From Ignavibacteriota bacterium (GTDB lineage Bacteria; Bacteroidota; Ignavibacteria; Palsa-1295): 64,000 nt of DNA. The stretch lies in contig CAWBEI010000002.1 in assembly GCA_963787835.1 (NCBI GenBank), forward strand, positions 1,408,001-1,472,000. The letters are read 5' to 3'. The position numbers and the translations under genes are program-made. The notes beneath the pieces were generated by a model. It ran no database searches and had not been told where the DNA came from. It worked only from the letters and a program-made list of their open reading frames with translations. Shown piece after piece: positions 28,981 through 39,219 of this stretch (position 1 is the first letter of the stretch; the number at the start of each line of letters is the position of its first letter).

Positions 28981-29391
28981 ATGTTTACTTTACTCGTACT
29001 TCTGATCCTTCTTGTTTGCGTCGCAATGACGCTTGTGGTGCTGGCACAATCCTCAAAAGGGGATGGACTTTCGGGCGCGCTGGGCGCTCCGGGGTCGGTT
29101 GGTGCTGTGTTCGGCGTACGCCGCGCATCGGATTTTCTCCAAAAAACCACCATCTGGATGGGAGCAACCTTCGTGGTGCTCTGCATTTTTGCCAATTTAT
29201 TCTTCCTCCCGACAGACAACAAACTTCCGAACGTGGTTTCTGGGGGCAAAGTACCAACGACACAACAATCTCAGCCACAGCCGCAACAGGCTCCGCCACA
29301 GCAATCGGCTCCTGCCGCAGGGGCATCAGGCCCGCCTCCGGGCGCGGGGCCGCAGGGCGCAGGTCAGGGCAACCGTCCGATGGCTAAGTAA
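28981..29391 (+). CDS. secG: Preprotein translocase subunit SecG
   Basis: VVLAQSSKGDGLSG, FLQKTT, two TM segments, Q/P-rich tail. Confidence 0.93.
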   Translation: MFTLLVLLILLVCVAMTLVVLAQSSKGDGLSGALGAPGSVGAVFGVRRASDFLQKTTIWMGATFVVLCIFANLFFLPTDNKLPNVVSGGKVPTTQQSQPQPQQAPPQQSAPAAGASGPPPGAGPQGAGQGNRPMAK

Positions 29392-29392
29392 A

Positions 29393-29465
<73 letters not shown>

Positions 29466-29467
29466 CC

Positions 29468-30607
29468 ATGAAGGTAGAATTTTATAAGCATCCGCTCGGT
29501 GATCAGGAAATTGCGAGCCTCGCCGCCGTTATCCATTCCACATTCCTGACTACCGGTCCGAAAACCAGGGAATTCGAAGCAGCTTTTGCAGAGATGATGT
29601 CTGCACAGTATTGTGTCGGCGTCACAAGCTGGACGATGGGCGGATTCATTGCTCTAAAAGCACTCGGCATCGGTGAGGGCGATGAGGTTATCACCACTCC
29701 GATGACCTTCATGGCGACCGGTAACATTATAATCGAAGCCGGCGCAACCCCAGTCTTCGTGGATGTGGAACCCGAAACGGGGAATATCTCCTGCGATGCC
29801 ATCGAGCAGGCGATCACGCCACGCACCAAAGCCATACTTCCCGTTCATCTCTACGGCCAAATGTGCGATATGCGCCGCATGAGAGAGATCGCAATAAAGC
29901 ACAACATTGCTATTATTGAGGATTCCGCGCATTGCGTTGAAGGCGTGCGCGATGGAATTAAACCGGGCGGTGCATCCGATATGAGCGCCTTCAGTTTTTA
30001 CGCCACGAAAAATCTTGCATCCGGCGAAGGCGGCGCGATCATCACCAATGACCACACCCTATACGAAAAGTTGATGGTACTTCGTCAGCACGGCATGAAT
30101 AAATCTGCTGCCGACCGTTACTCTGCCCGTTTCAAGCATTACGATATGGAGATGCTTGGCTACAAATGCAATATGTTCGATGTGCAGGCAGCTATGCTTC
30201 TGCCGCAGCTTACCATGCTGAACGAACGCCTTGCACGACGCGAATATATCTGTCAAAGATATGAAGCCGGGTTCCGTGGCGCGGAAGGAATATCATTCCC
30301 GGTCGTATTACCCAACTCTGTTTCTGCGCGGCACTTGTTTACGATCTGGGTCGATCCCACCATACGCGATTCCGTTCTCAGCGATCTTCAGGATCGGGGC
30401 ATTGGCGTTGCCGTTAATTTCCGTTCCATCAACCGGCTTTCCTATTACCGCGAGCATTTCAACATGCCCGAAGGTACGTTCCCAATCGCCGAGCGCATCG
30501 GCGATTCCACGATCACGCTTCCGCTCTATACCAAGCTCACCGAAGAAGAAATTGATTATGTGATCGCGCAGACGAAGGAGTCGGTGCAGAAGCTTTCCGC
30601 GGTCTGA
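29468..30607 (+). CDS. DegT/DnrJ/EryC1/StrS (ArnB-like) sugar aminotransferase
   Basis: GDEVITTPMTF, PVHLYG, IEDSAH, FSFYATKNL, GEGG. Confidence 0.93.
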   Translation: MKVEFYKHPLGDQEIASLAAVIHSTFLTTGPKTREFEAAFAEMMSAQYCVGVTSWTMGGFIALKALGIGEGDEVITTPMTFMATGNIIIEAGATPVFVDVEPETGNISCDAIEQAITPRTKAILPVHLYGQMCDMRRMREIAIKHNIAIIEDSAHCVEGVRDGIKPGGASDMSAFSFYATKNLASGEGGAIITNDHTLYEKLMVLRQHGMNKSAADRYSARFKHYDMEMLGYKCNMFDVQAAMLLPQLTMLNERLARREYICQRYEAGFRGAEGISFPVVLPNSVSARHLFTIWVDPTIRDSVLSDLQDRGIGVAVNFRSINRLSYYREHFNMPEGTFPIAERIGDSTITLPLYTKLTEEEIDYVIAQTKESVQKLSAV

Positions 30608-30688
30608 ATCCTTCGCCCCATCGAGTTTGGCCATGGGAAACGGCACTGAACGGATGTCCGTTATGGGATAAACAACATTACTCACGAT

Positions 30689-30892
30689 ATGCTGGCCAAG
30701 TCTTTGACACCAAAGCCCAAACAGACTGCGCTCAAGGCGATTAAGCACTTGAAGGATTCCGCCTCGTACGAAGAGATGATGTATGAGCTGTACGTGCTCC
30801 AGAAAATCGATAAAGGCCGTGAAGAACTGCGGACGGGGCGCTCCGTGAGCCACGCAGAAGCACGCGAACGATTAGGAAAGTGGCTGCAATAA
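30689..30892 (+). CDS. Putative antitoxin for the RelE/ParE toxin
   Basis: Small ORF with YELYVLQKIDKG...GRSVSH; overlaps the toxin start. Confidence 0.75.
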   Translation: MLAKSLTPKPKQTALKAIKHLKDSASYEEMMYELYVLQKIDKGREELRTGRSVSHAEARERLGKWLQ

Positions 30893-31170
30893 CATGGTCG
30901 CTTCTGGCACTGGCCGATATTTCCGAGATCGGGCTTTTTATCGAGCGCGACTCGGCCCATTATGCCGAAGTGATCGTAACCCGGTTGTATTCGAGCATTG
31001 ATCGGTTAATTGAGTTCCCACTATCCGGCCGCATCGTTCCTGAGCTTGAGACCAAATCTATCCGCGAACTTGTCATCGAAGGCTACCGGATTATCTACGA
31101 GATCGATTCGATAGGGATCGTGACGGTCATAAGCGGTCGCCAGGATCTTCGCCGAAAGCTCGCAAAATAA
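30880..31170 (+). CDS. RelE/ParE family toxin
   Basis: WSLLALADI, FPLSGRIVPE, RELVIEGYRIIY. Confidence 0.9.
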   Translation: MAAITWSLLALADISEIGLFIERDSAHYAEVIVTRLYSSIDRLIEFPLSGRIVPELETKSIRELVIEGYRIIYEIDSIGIVTVISGRQDLRRKLAK

Positions 31171-31228
31171 GTTTTTATGCCCGACAGTTTCATCCCTTAT
31201 GCATCCAATGACCCAGCACAGACTTGTT

Positions 31229-31236
31229 TATATTTG
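31229..31236 (+). promoter_or_regulatory. Bacteroidota-type -7 promoter element (TAnnTTTG)
   Basis: TATATTTG about 45 nt upstream of ATG 31281. Confidence 0.5.
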
Positions 31237-31280
31237 TGACCTTTAGGTCACGATGAAGGTTCAGATAAGCAACCATTACA

Positions 31281-33407
31281 ATGTCCGGTAAAACCATCGT
31301 CATTTCTGTTGTACTCGGCCTGATTGCTGCGGGAATGTTCCTCGCGGAGTGTGCGCTGTTCCATTTTCCCTTTGAGACGGGGCTTGATGTGCTCTATCTG
31401 TCATGGATGACGATCGCTCCGGGTGTACTTGTTGTGCTTTTGTTACGTCAAAAATTTTTACTTGATCTTGCTGCATATGAAATTATTTCGATAGGCTGTG
31501 CTGTAAGTTTTGGAATTGCACCGATCTTGCTTGGGATAGGAGATAAGCTCGGTTTTGGTCATGGAATTCAACATCCATACGTCATTATTTACTTGATGAC
31601 TATTCCCGTAGTCTCTTTCTCACAGCGAATACCATGGAATGAATTTAAGAAGCTTCTTCCATCATTCAATAATATATGCATCTTTGCTATCGGCGCACTT
31701 CTTCTTTTTGCGGTATATAATCTCCAGCAATTTCATTATGGCGCAGATGGCTCTATCATTACTCATGGATTATTTGGAGTTGATATTCCCTTTCTGGCCG
31801 GGGAAGTACATGGCATCCGCGATTTCGGCACACTGCGCGATCTGCACCAAATGGGCCAGCCGTGGCAATATCACGATTGGACGTACCAACTCCTCGCGCT
31901 GCTCCCACGCGAGCGAACGCTACCTGATCTCGCCCTTGCAGCGCCGCTTGTTGGTTATGTGATGCTCGCGCTCTCGATCTTCACGCTTTCGCTTCGTTTG
32001 ACAAGCAGCAAATTGGTTTCATACATAGCAGTCGCGTTATGGTTTTTAGTGAGCGGCCTTGAAGGCGGGGAATTGAGCAGCTATGCGCTAAGTCCCTCGT
32101 TCGTGTTCGGCAGCATGATCTTTGTGAATATCCTTCTGGTGTTCGATCTTCGTATGAAAGCCGCTCGGAAAAAGGACGTGAGCCGCAGCGCCGCTCTGGT
32201 GCTTTCGGGCATTCTTACACTACTCCTTTTGGAACTTTCGCATACGAAGCTTTCCTCGCATCTGGTCATGCTGGGAGCGTTATTGATGCTGGGATTCATG
32301 GGGCTTGCCTTCACGCGTGGTAAAAAGCAGGTGGTGACGGAGATCGTGCTCGGGTGTTTACTCTCATTCGCGCTTGTGCTGTGGCAATCTGCTGGCACGA
32401 ACGCGCTCATGCCAAGCGGAGATTTTCTTATTGGCGCGCCGCTCTTAGGATATGCTAATCATGTTGCGAGTTTGCTGCATGTTCCGGTCTCCACGATAAA
32501 TCCGGTTTCCCATGGATTGACACTTCGATGGCAAAGCATCCTCATCATTCCCTTTTTTCTCTTTCACTTTTTGCGATTCGCGTTACTGGATCCGAAGATA
32601 CTTGCTGCCCTCATTATGCTCGCGGTATTTAGAGGACAGTTATGGAAAGAATCCCACGAGATTATGTGGGTTCTTGTTCTTATGATCGTTATTGGGTTTT
32701 TACTTCCGGTGCTGTATTCACCGGCCTGGTATCCGTTAGCACTATCATTTTATGCTCCGCTTATGAGCGTGCAGGCGGGAATGTTCGTTACTGTTATTGG
32801 TTTTGGAGTGGTCGCAAAAAGTGTGGTTATGTCCCGATCGGTTAAAATTGCAATGGGAATTGTTGCCGTGATCTTTTTTGCGGGGTTCGTGCTGAATGTC
32901 CGAAGCGTGGTGAAGGGAGAATCAGCAAAGCCGGAGTTCGTAAGCGCTGCCTTTATTCATGCGATGAATTATCTTCAAACACATGCTAATGACACCGATG
33001 TGATTGCTACGCGCCGCTTCGATCTTGATACGACAGGAGATGAGTCTTTCTACTGGTATAGCGCCCTTTCGGGGCGGCGAGTTGTTTCGGAAGGAGCAAA
33101 GTATGGTTCTCTTCTCGGTGCAGTTGCCGATAGCGATGCAGTAAAGGGAACCCACTCGGTCGTTGTCGCCGCTCGGTTGCTACATGTTCGCCGCGCTTTG
33201 CTTGATTCGATCTATTCTTCGCGTGATACCGCCAGCGTACGAACGGCATTAGCAGCATCCCATGCGCGATTCATTATCGAGACCATGGAACCTGGTGAGC
33301 ACCTTTCCATCGATCCGTCGCAAATAGCGACTCGTGTCTTTAGTGAAGATGGTATCGAGATATGGAGAATACCGCAATTCATCCACAAGCTTGAACTTCT
33401 TGAATAG
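31281..33407 (+). CDS. Multi-pass membrane protein, possibly a GT-C-fold glycosyltransferase
   Basis: Many TM segments plus a soluble C-terminal domain (YLQTH...VIAT...SALSGRRVV...VF...IWRI). Confidence 0.55.
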   Translation: MSGKTIVISVVLGLIAAGMFLAECALFHFPFETGLDVLYLSWMTIAPGVLVVLLLRQKFLLDLAAYEIISIGCAVSFGIAPILLGIGDKLGFGHGIQHPYVIIYLMTIPVVSFSQRIPWNEFKKLLPSFNNICIFAIGALLLFAVYNLQQFHYGADGSIITHGLFGVDIPFLAGEVHGIRDFGTLRDLHQMGQPWQYHDWTYQLLALLPRERTLPDLALAAPLVGYVMLALSIFTLSLRLTSSKLVSYIAVALWFLVSGLEGGELSSYALSPSFVFGSMIFVNILLVFDLRMKAARKKDVSRSAALVLSGILTLLLLELSHTKLSSHLVMLGALLMLGFMGLAFTRGKKQVVTEIVLGCLLSFALVLWQSAGTNALMPSGDFLIGAPLLGYANHVASLLHVPVSTINPVSHGLTLRWQSILIIPFFLFHFLRFALLDPKILAALIMLAVFRGQLWKESHEIMWVLVLMIVIGFLLPVLYSPAWYPLALSFYAPLMSVQAGMFVTVIGFGVVAKSVVMSRSVKIAMGIVAVIFFAGFVLNVRSVVKGESAKPEFVSAAFIHAMNYLQTHANDTDVIATRRFDLDTTGDESFYWYSALSGRRVVSEGAKYGSLLGAVADSDAVKGTHSVVVAARLLHVRRALLDSIYSSRDTASVRTALAASHARFIIETMEPGEHLSIDPSQIATRVFSEDGIEIWRIPQFIHKLELLE

Positions 33408-33522
33408 TCAGGCTGTTACCGGGCATCTCTCGCTAAAAAAGCACTTTTCGATAACAAGATGATTGAAATCGTTCAATCGTTGCAACGTGCTTTAAGCGAA
33501 GACCACAAATAAAGGATTACGA

Positions 33523-33964
33523 ATGGCAACCGAAACGGATACAATTTCAGCAAAAACTACTTCTTCCAGCGATCAGGCTAATTCCCTGACCAAAGTGTAT
33601 GTCGGCAGCCTGCCCGTATGATTGGACGGCAGAAAACCTCGAAGAATTATTCAAGTCTTACGGCCGTATCACCAGTTCTACGGTTGTAGCCGACCAGCTC
33701 ACACGCCGCTCGAAGGGATTTGGTTTTGTGGAATTTGAGTCGCCGGAAGATGCCAAAAAGGCCATCGCTGAACTTAATGGCCATTCCATCGAGGGCCGAA
33801 ATTTACTGGTCAGGGAAGCCCGCCCTCACACAGAACGCACGAACGATCGTGGAAATGGCAATGGATCGCGCGCGCCTCGCGAGCGGCAAGCCATTCTGCT
33901 GGATAACGCTGAATCGACGGATACGACCGGCCGCTCCTACGGCAACCGCCGCGGTTGGTGGTGA
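33523..33964 (+). CDS. RRM RNA-binding protein (apparent +1 frameshift at 33613-33615)
   Basis: RNP2 KVYVGSL lies in the ATG-33523 frame and RNP1 KGFGFVEF in the next frame; removing one C gives GSLPYDWTAENL. Confidence 0.88.
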
Positions 33965-33983
33965 TCGCCATTAATAAACACAC

Positions 33984-34187
33984 TTAAGCCGCTTGCCGGA
34001 GAACAACGGATGATGAGTCGACCAAGCCGCGAACATTGCGTAACTCGAACTGAATTACTTCACCGTTTTTTGCATAATCGGCTACGAGGCCCCGCACAAC
34101 TTCGTCGCTGTCGGCCACATCTCCTGGGCGAATTTCCTTTAATGCAATCGTAAGTGTATCCGACTCTGGGTCGTATCGATAGTTCAT
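33984..34187 (-). CDS. DUF2283 protein (putative antitoxin)
   Basis: YDPESDTLTI...SDEV...ADY...GEVIQFEL. Confidence 0.8.
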   Translation of the reverse strand: MNYRYDPESDTLTIALKEIRPGDVADSDEVVRGLVADYAKNGEVIQFELRNVRGLVDSSSVVLRQAA

Positions 34188-34444
34188 TCTTTTTTTAGAT
34201 AGCGATAATATCTTGATGCTGCATAGACTGTAACAACAGAAACAGGAATTTGTGCCTCATCGACTACGGCTCGCAGCATGAATGGCTTTCGATTAGACCC
34301 TTGAAATAGCCGTTGATAGATGAATTTTGTGGATTCATCCCAAATGCGACCTTCCGGTTCATCCAATGTTAGCTGAAGGCTTTCTTCGCTAATATCTGCT
34401 TGTTCCATTCGGATTCGAGCATGTTGGGTGAGCCGAAAGATCAT
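34184..34444 (-). CDS. DUF4258 protein (putative RelE-like toxin)
   Basis: LTQHARIRM...LRAVV...VVTVY; overlaps the DUF2283 start. Confidence 0.75.
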   Translation of the reverse strand: MIFRLTQHARIRMEQADISEESLQLTLDEPEGRIWDESTKFIYQRLFQGSNRKPFMLRAVVDEAQIPVSVVTVYAASRYYRYLKKE

Positions 34445-34446
34445 TA

Positions 34447-34770
34447 TTATTGGAATTTTGGATCTCTGATCCTTAATCGCTCCACTGGGTTTCCTCCAAC
34501 GAGGTGAGATTCCATGATTTCCGGTACATCCTCTGGTGTTACTCCGCCATACCAGATCCCCTCGGGATATACAACAACGGATGGCCCAAACTCGCAGGCA
34601 TCGAGGCATCCAGATTGGTTTGCACGCACAAGGCCACGCAATCCGCGTTGTTTGATCTCATCTTTTAAGGCAATACGAATAGCGGCCGATCCTTTGGCAG
34701 AGCAACAGCCTTTTGGATCGCCTTCGGGACGCACGTTCTCGCAGACGAAAATATGATGTTTAAATCGCAT
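34447..34770 (-). CDS. Thioredoxin-like [2Fe-2S] ferredoxin
   Basis: HIFVCEN...CC...SGCLDAC..GP..VVYPEGIWY. Confidence 0.92.
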   Translation of the reverse strand: MRFKHHIFVCENVRPEGDPKGCCSAKGSAAIRIALKDEIKQRGLRGLVRANQSGCLDACEFGPSVVVYPEGIWYGGVTPEDVPEIMESHLVGGNPVERLRIRDPKFQ

Positions 34771-34780
34771 AGATTTTATT

Positions 34781-35473
34781 TTAGGTCCGGATTCCGTACC
34801 CTACGCCGCGCTCGGCAATAATGAGCCGGTCTTTCTCACTGCGGTCCGCATCGATCTTCCCACGCAAACGCTTGATATAGACATCGATGACATTCGAACC
34901 CATAGTGAACGAATAACCCCAGACATGCTGTGTAATAATGGAACGCGATAGAATGCGGCCTTTGCTTCGCATGAGATATTCAAGCAATTCATATTCCTTG
35001 ACCGTAAGTGGAATATGTTCATCTTCATCGGTACCGGGCTTCTTGCGTCGGGCAGTGTGTGCTACGGTATCGAGTACCAGATCTCGCGAGACGAGCTGGG
35101 TTTTCTTTTCAATATCCGATCGTCGAAGCAGGGAACGAACCCTAGCGGAAAGCTCCTCGAATAAAAAAGGTTTGGTCAGGTAATCGTTTGCGCCGGCATC
35201 GAGGCCTTCGACCTTCTCGCCGATCTCTGTTTTTGCCGTCAGGCAAAGGATCGGCACGGTACGCTTGGCGGCGCGAATTTCCTTAATGACATCAATGCCG
35301 GATTTCTTTGGCATCATGATGTCCGTGATAATGAGGTCGTAGGTTTCCGAAAGTGCGCGCTTCGCTCCCGTTTCGCCATCCAGGGCGACATCAACCTCAT
35401 AATTCTCTTCCCGAAGTCCCTGTTCGAGAATGCGGGCTACTTTTTTTTCATCTTCAATGACAAGTATGCGCAT
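34781..35473 (-). CDS. OmpR-family response regulator (no adjacent kinase)
   Basis: ILVIEDE, DIMMP, GANDYLTKPF, SNVIDVYI, RGVGY. Confidence 0.95.
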   Translation of the reverse strand: MRILVIEDEKKVARILEQGLREENYEVDVALDGETGAKRALSETYDLIITDIMMPKKSGIDVIKEIRAAKRTVPILCLTAKTEIGEKVEGLDAGANDYLTKPFLFEELSARVRSLLRRSDIEKKTQLVSRDLVLDTVAHTARRKKPGTDEDEHIPLTVKEYELLEYLMRSKGRILSRSIITQHVWGYSFTMGSNVIDVYIKRLRGKIDADRSEKDRLIIAERGVGYGIRT

Positions 35474-35817
35474 AAGATCGTTAATTAAATGGTGATGAGC
35501 ACCAATTCAGACGACGGAAACCCTCGATGATAGACTATTACCAATAGCCAAATCATAGCTAAAGATTCCCTCTTTGCAAACATTATGCCTAAACATTAAG
35601 TTGTTTGCAATCGGGAAGTTGGCAATCGGATCTTGCCAACTAAGCATGAATCGGCTTTTCTTTTTCTAACAATTAGTTCATATTTCATATCATGGACGGA
35701 CACAAAAATAGACAACGGAAAAACAATCTGCAAAATCATTATCCTCAAATATCACTGTTTGTGTCGTTTTTCTCAAAAAAAGCGTTGAGATGTCTCTAAT
35801 CAGTAAATTTATCCAAC

Positions 35818-36798
35818 GTGATTCAGAATCAGCTTAAAATAGAGATCGAGCAATACCTGGCGAGCCAGATCCCGGAGCAACCGCGCAGCCTTTATGACCC
35901 TGTTCGTTCCTCGATCGCGTTTGGAGGCAAGCGTGCTCGACCGATCCTCACCGCGCTTGCTGCCGGGATTGGAATCCCGCCGAGCGAGTGGCTTCCCGCC
36001 GCTGCTGCCGTCGAGTTGCTGCATACATTCACACTTGTCCACGATGACATTATGGATAATGCAGCTCTTCGCAGGGGGAAGCCGGCCGTTCATGTTGCCT
36101 TTGGATCGAACGCAGCCATTCTTTCCGGGGATGTTATCATCGCGTTGGCAACCGAGTGTCTTGCGCACGCAACCGATGCCAAATCCATGCTCGCCGAGTT
36201 CAGCATTGGATTTCGCGGGGTGTGTGAAGGTCAGGCGTTGGATAAAGAATTTGAAACTTGCGATGATATTACCATGTCGGATTATCTCACGATGATCGAA
36301 CTGAAAACATCGCGCATTTTTGAACTCGCCGCCGTGCTTGGCGCGATCGCCCGTGGGGGAGCGTATCGCGAAGATATGCGTGGGTTTGCGCGCGAGCTTG
36401 GGTTAGCCTTTCAACTTCAGGACGATCTGCTCGATCTGATTGGCACTCCGGATTTTGGGAAAACGATCGGTGGCGATATTCTCGAAGGAAAGCGTACCGT
36501 GCTTTTTGTGCTTGCGATGGATCGCTACAAAGATTGCACTAACGAAGAACGCGATCTGCTTGACCAGCTGCGTGGGCACCGCTCAACTATGGAAGACGTG
36601 GCACCCATTCGAGAACTTTTCAAACGTTTAGGAGTGCTGGAATCGGTGGCCGGAATGATTTCAGTACATGCCAATAGGTCAGTGGAGCAGCTCTCCGTCA
36701 TCATGGATGTCGAAATGCGTGAAGGATTGATCGATTACAGCAAACAATTATTGGGACTTGCCAATGCAGAGCAGTCTGCTACTCGCGCAAATCGATGA
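35818..36798 (+). CDS. Polyprenyl diphosphate synthase
   Basis: GGKRARP, LVHDDIMD..LRRG, GQALD, FQLQDDLLD. Confidence 0.95.
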   Translation: MIQNQLKIEIEQYLASQIPEQPRSLYDPVRSSIAFGGKRARPILTALAAGIGIPPSEWLPAAAAVELLHTFTLVHDDIMDNAALRRGKPAVHVAFGSNAAILSGDVIIALATECLAHATDAKSMLAEFSIGFRGVCEGQALDKEFETCDDITMSDYLTMIELKTSRIFELAAVLGAIARGGAYREDMRGFARELGLAFQLQDDLLDLIGTPDFGKTIGGDILEGKRTVLFVLAMDRYKDCTNEERDLLDQLRGHRSTMEDVAPIRELFKRLGVLESVAGMISVHANRSVEQLSVIMDVEMREGLIDYSKQLLGLANAEQSATRANR

Positions 36799-37421
36799 TT
36801 TTTGTGGAGGACTTGGGTTTGAAGATTGAAATCCTGATCGTGAGTATTCGCAAGTGTTTTGATCGTCAGTTTCTCCGCGTTCGTTGTCCCTTTTGAACTT
36901 ACTGCGGTTGCATTCGTTATTACGATGCGTTGTTTTTTAATTTGTAATGCCAGCGTGATCTTTTGAATGTCGCCTGCAGACTTCAATAACGATTCTAAGG
37001 CGGGCAAAGGGGTTAGTTCGAGTATATAATGCTCCGTTCCAGCCACGTTAGCAATTGCAGCCATATAGTTATCGGCAAAGCGGAACAAACTTCCCGGGTC
37101 GTGGAATGCAGATGTGGGAGTTACATTATCGATGGTTACACGGTCATCTTTCTTTTGGTAATTCCAGATCGTATGCCCGTCCGAAATAATAAGCATCGTT
37201 GGACTCTCGATGCGAATATGCCCATTATGCATATCAGCAGTAATACTTATCCTCCCTTCGTTCTCGAGATCGAACGCAAGAGAAACTCCCGGTGCACCCA
37301 GAAATTGCCCTTGAAGCTTTTTGGAAAGCGATTGTGGCGTTTCTTGTGCAAGGAGAGTTGAGCCGATCAAGCACAAGCATGTCATCAACAACATTCGACT
37401 GAGTATTGATTTTGTTCTCAT
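36779..37421 (-). CDS. lolA: LolA-like lipoprotein carrier (apparent +1 frameshift at ~36825)
   Basis: Signal peptide; ISDGHTIWNY...VTI; the alternate frame restores the canonical end FKPKSSTKIIDLRE*. Confidence 0.7.
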
Positions 37422-38047
37422 GGTGCAAATTGTTGTTTGAGTGTTTCTTTTCGTACGATCCATTCCTCTCGTGTCATGGCATAGACATGGGTATCCTGCC
37501 AATCCGAACCGAGGAACAGGCTTCGTAGCGCCGTGCCCTCAAAACGGAGGTTAAGTTTGGCAGGGATCCGGAGACTGATTTCATTCCCAATCGCGATCCA
37601 TAAGGAAACCCGATGCAAGTTAAGCACTTCGAAGGCGAACTCCATCGCAAGCACCACCGCCTCCGTGGCGTAGCCATGCCCAACAAATGGAAGGCCGATC
37701 CAATACCCTATAAAACACGATTGCGAAACGCCACGGACGATCTGCGTTAGTCCGATCTGTCCCACGATCTCGCCGGTTTTCTTCAATGTTATGAAAAAGC
37801 GATAATCGGAACCTTCATCCCATCGGTCGAGGGCAGCCAGAATGTGTTCCCGCGCAGCCCGTCTTCCACCGCTCTCGGCATCCTGCTTCATACCCGGTGG
37901 CGACCATGGTTCAAGATGATTCTTATAAGAAATGGAAAGCAGTTCTGCAAGTGCCTCTGCATCGGACATGCGATATTGGCGGAGGATCAGACGCTGGGAA
38001 CCGATCGATTTTGGGACCCGCTCCGGGGCGTGATAGGCTTCCAGCAT
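37418..38047 (-). CDS. RimJ/RimL-type GNAT acetyltransferase
   Basis: RLILR, IGYWIG, GHGYATEA, LHRV, FEG. Confidence 0.9.
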   Translation of the reverse strand: MLEAYHAPERVPKSIGSQRLILRQYRMSDAEALAELLSISYKNHLEPWSPPGMKQDAESGGRRAAREHILAALDRWDEGSDYRFFITLKKTGEIVGQIGLTQIVRGVSQSCFIGYWIGLPFVGHGYATEAVVLAMEFAFEVLNLHRVSLWIAIGNEISLRIPAKLNLRFEGTALRSLFLGSDWQDTHVYAMTREEWIVRKETLKQQFAP

Positions 38048-38067
38048 GGCAGAAAAAACTCGTTAGC

Positions 38068-38535
38068 TCAGATCGACCTGAGTGCTTCCAGCACGGCATC
38101 TACGTGTCCTGCGACCTTTACTTTAGGGAAGATCTTCGCAATGCGGCCTTTCTCATCGATGAGGAACGTCGTGCGCTCGACACCCATATATTTCCGGCCA
38201 TACATCGATTTTTCCTTCCACACCCCATACGCATTCACTAACGTTTTGTCTTCATCGGCGAGCAGAGGAAACGTCAGATCGAATTTGGATTTGAACTTCC
38301 CGTGACTTTTTTCGCTATCGGGGCTGACGCCCAGTACGATAGCGCCAGCCCGTTTGATACGCGCGAAATTATCGCGGAAATCGCACGCCTCTTGGGTGCA
38401 GCCAGACGTATTATCCTTCGGATAGAAATACAGCACGACTTTCTTTCCGCGAAGATCCCTCAGCGAAACCTCGTTACCTTCATCATCCTTCGCAGTAAAA
38501 TCCGGAGCTTTATCGCCTTCTTGCAACATGATCAT
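38068..38535 (-). CDS. bcp: Peroxiredoxin Bcp
   Basis: YFYPKDNTSGCTQEAC, ERTTFLID. Confidence 0.96.
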   Translation of the reverse strand: MIMLQEGDKAPDFTAKDDEGNEVSLRDLRGKKVVLYFYPKDNTSGCTQEACDFRDNFARIKRAGAIVLGVSPDSEKSHGKFKSKFDLTFPLLADEDKTLVNAYGVWKEKSMYGRKYMGVERTTFLIDEKGRIAKIFPKVKVAGHVDAVLEALRSI

Positions 38536-38996
38536 CTAAAATTAACTTCAGACTCGCCCTTGGTTACCATCGCTACTTGCCAGGGCTTGCCTTTTTGATG
38601 AACCATCCAAAAGTACGCACCATCTTCTCCGGCATTGGGGGAGTTTACCCGAACCATTCCGGTTTCTTCAATTTGAGCGGTATCGATCAGCGCTCCTTCG
38701 AGTTGGTGCGTAAGGTTGTAGTCAACATCCGCGTTTGCAGAGGCGATGAACTTTCCGGCTTTTAGATCATAGAACGATCGGAACCATGTTTGCACATCGT
38801 GCGCGACGTACGGATTCGAAAAATAATCCCTGAACTTCTGCGTTGCGATCATGGAATCGCGCTTCGGGGCATTATCTCGAGTGACATACTCTGCGAATTT
38901 ACGCGCTGCACCGACTTCTTCACTCGCACCCCGATCGCAGGACGATAGACCGCTACTCAGCAACAAGATCGAAAGCATCGGAAGGGCATACCTCAT
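38532..38996 (-). CDS. Hypothetical lipoprotein
   Basis: MRYALPMLSILLLSSGLSSC lipobox. Confidence 0.7.
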   Translation of the reverse strand: MRYALPMLSILLLSSGLSSCDRGASEEVGAARKFAEYVTRDNAPKRDSMIATQKFRDYFSNPYVAHDVQTWFRSFYDLKAGKFIASANADVDYNLTHQLEGALIDTAQIEETGMVRVNSPNAGEDGAYFWMVHQKGKPWQVAMVTKGESEVNFR

Positions 38997-39113
38997 ACTG
39001 GAACATCTTATGTTAACCTTCGGGAATCGATTGTTACTTAGCATGAAATGCGTGATTTGCTGAAGAATAGTGTTGATGGAAGTGCTTTCCCCACTACGTG
39101 CCACATTTCATCG

Positions 39114-39121
39114 TAAATTTG
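39114..39121 (+). promoter_or_regulatory. Bacteroidota-type -7 promoter element upstream of purD
   Basis: TAAATTTG about 100 nt before the purD ATG, followed by the hairpin ggacagtcc-taagct-ggactgtct. Confidence 0.45.
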
Positions 39122-39219
39122 TAGCTTCTGTAATGGACAGTCCTAAGCTGGACTGTCTTGAAACAAAAGACTGTTCGGAAGGATTGCCCCGATAGAAATC
39201 ATACTACCGTAAGCACTAC

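Noticed and set aside
35602-35641. gtttgcaatcgg/gttggcaatcgg repeat and hairpin upstream of the response regulator
   Set aside because: The 15-bp spacing does not fit OmpR-type sites, and a single hairpin is too little to call an sRNA.
39125-39215. Purine, ZTP or PRPP riboswitch upstream of purD
   Set aside because: Only one simple hairpin is visible and I could not see the conserved cores; an Rfam scan would settle it.
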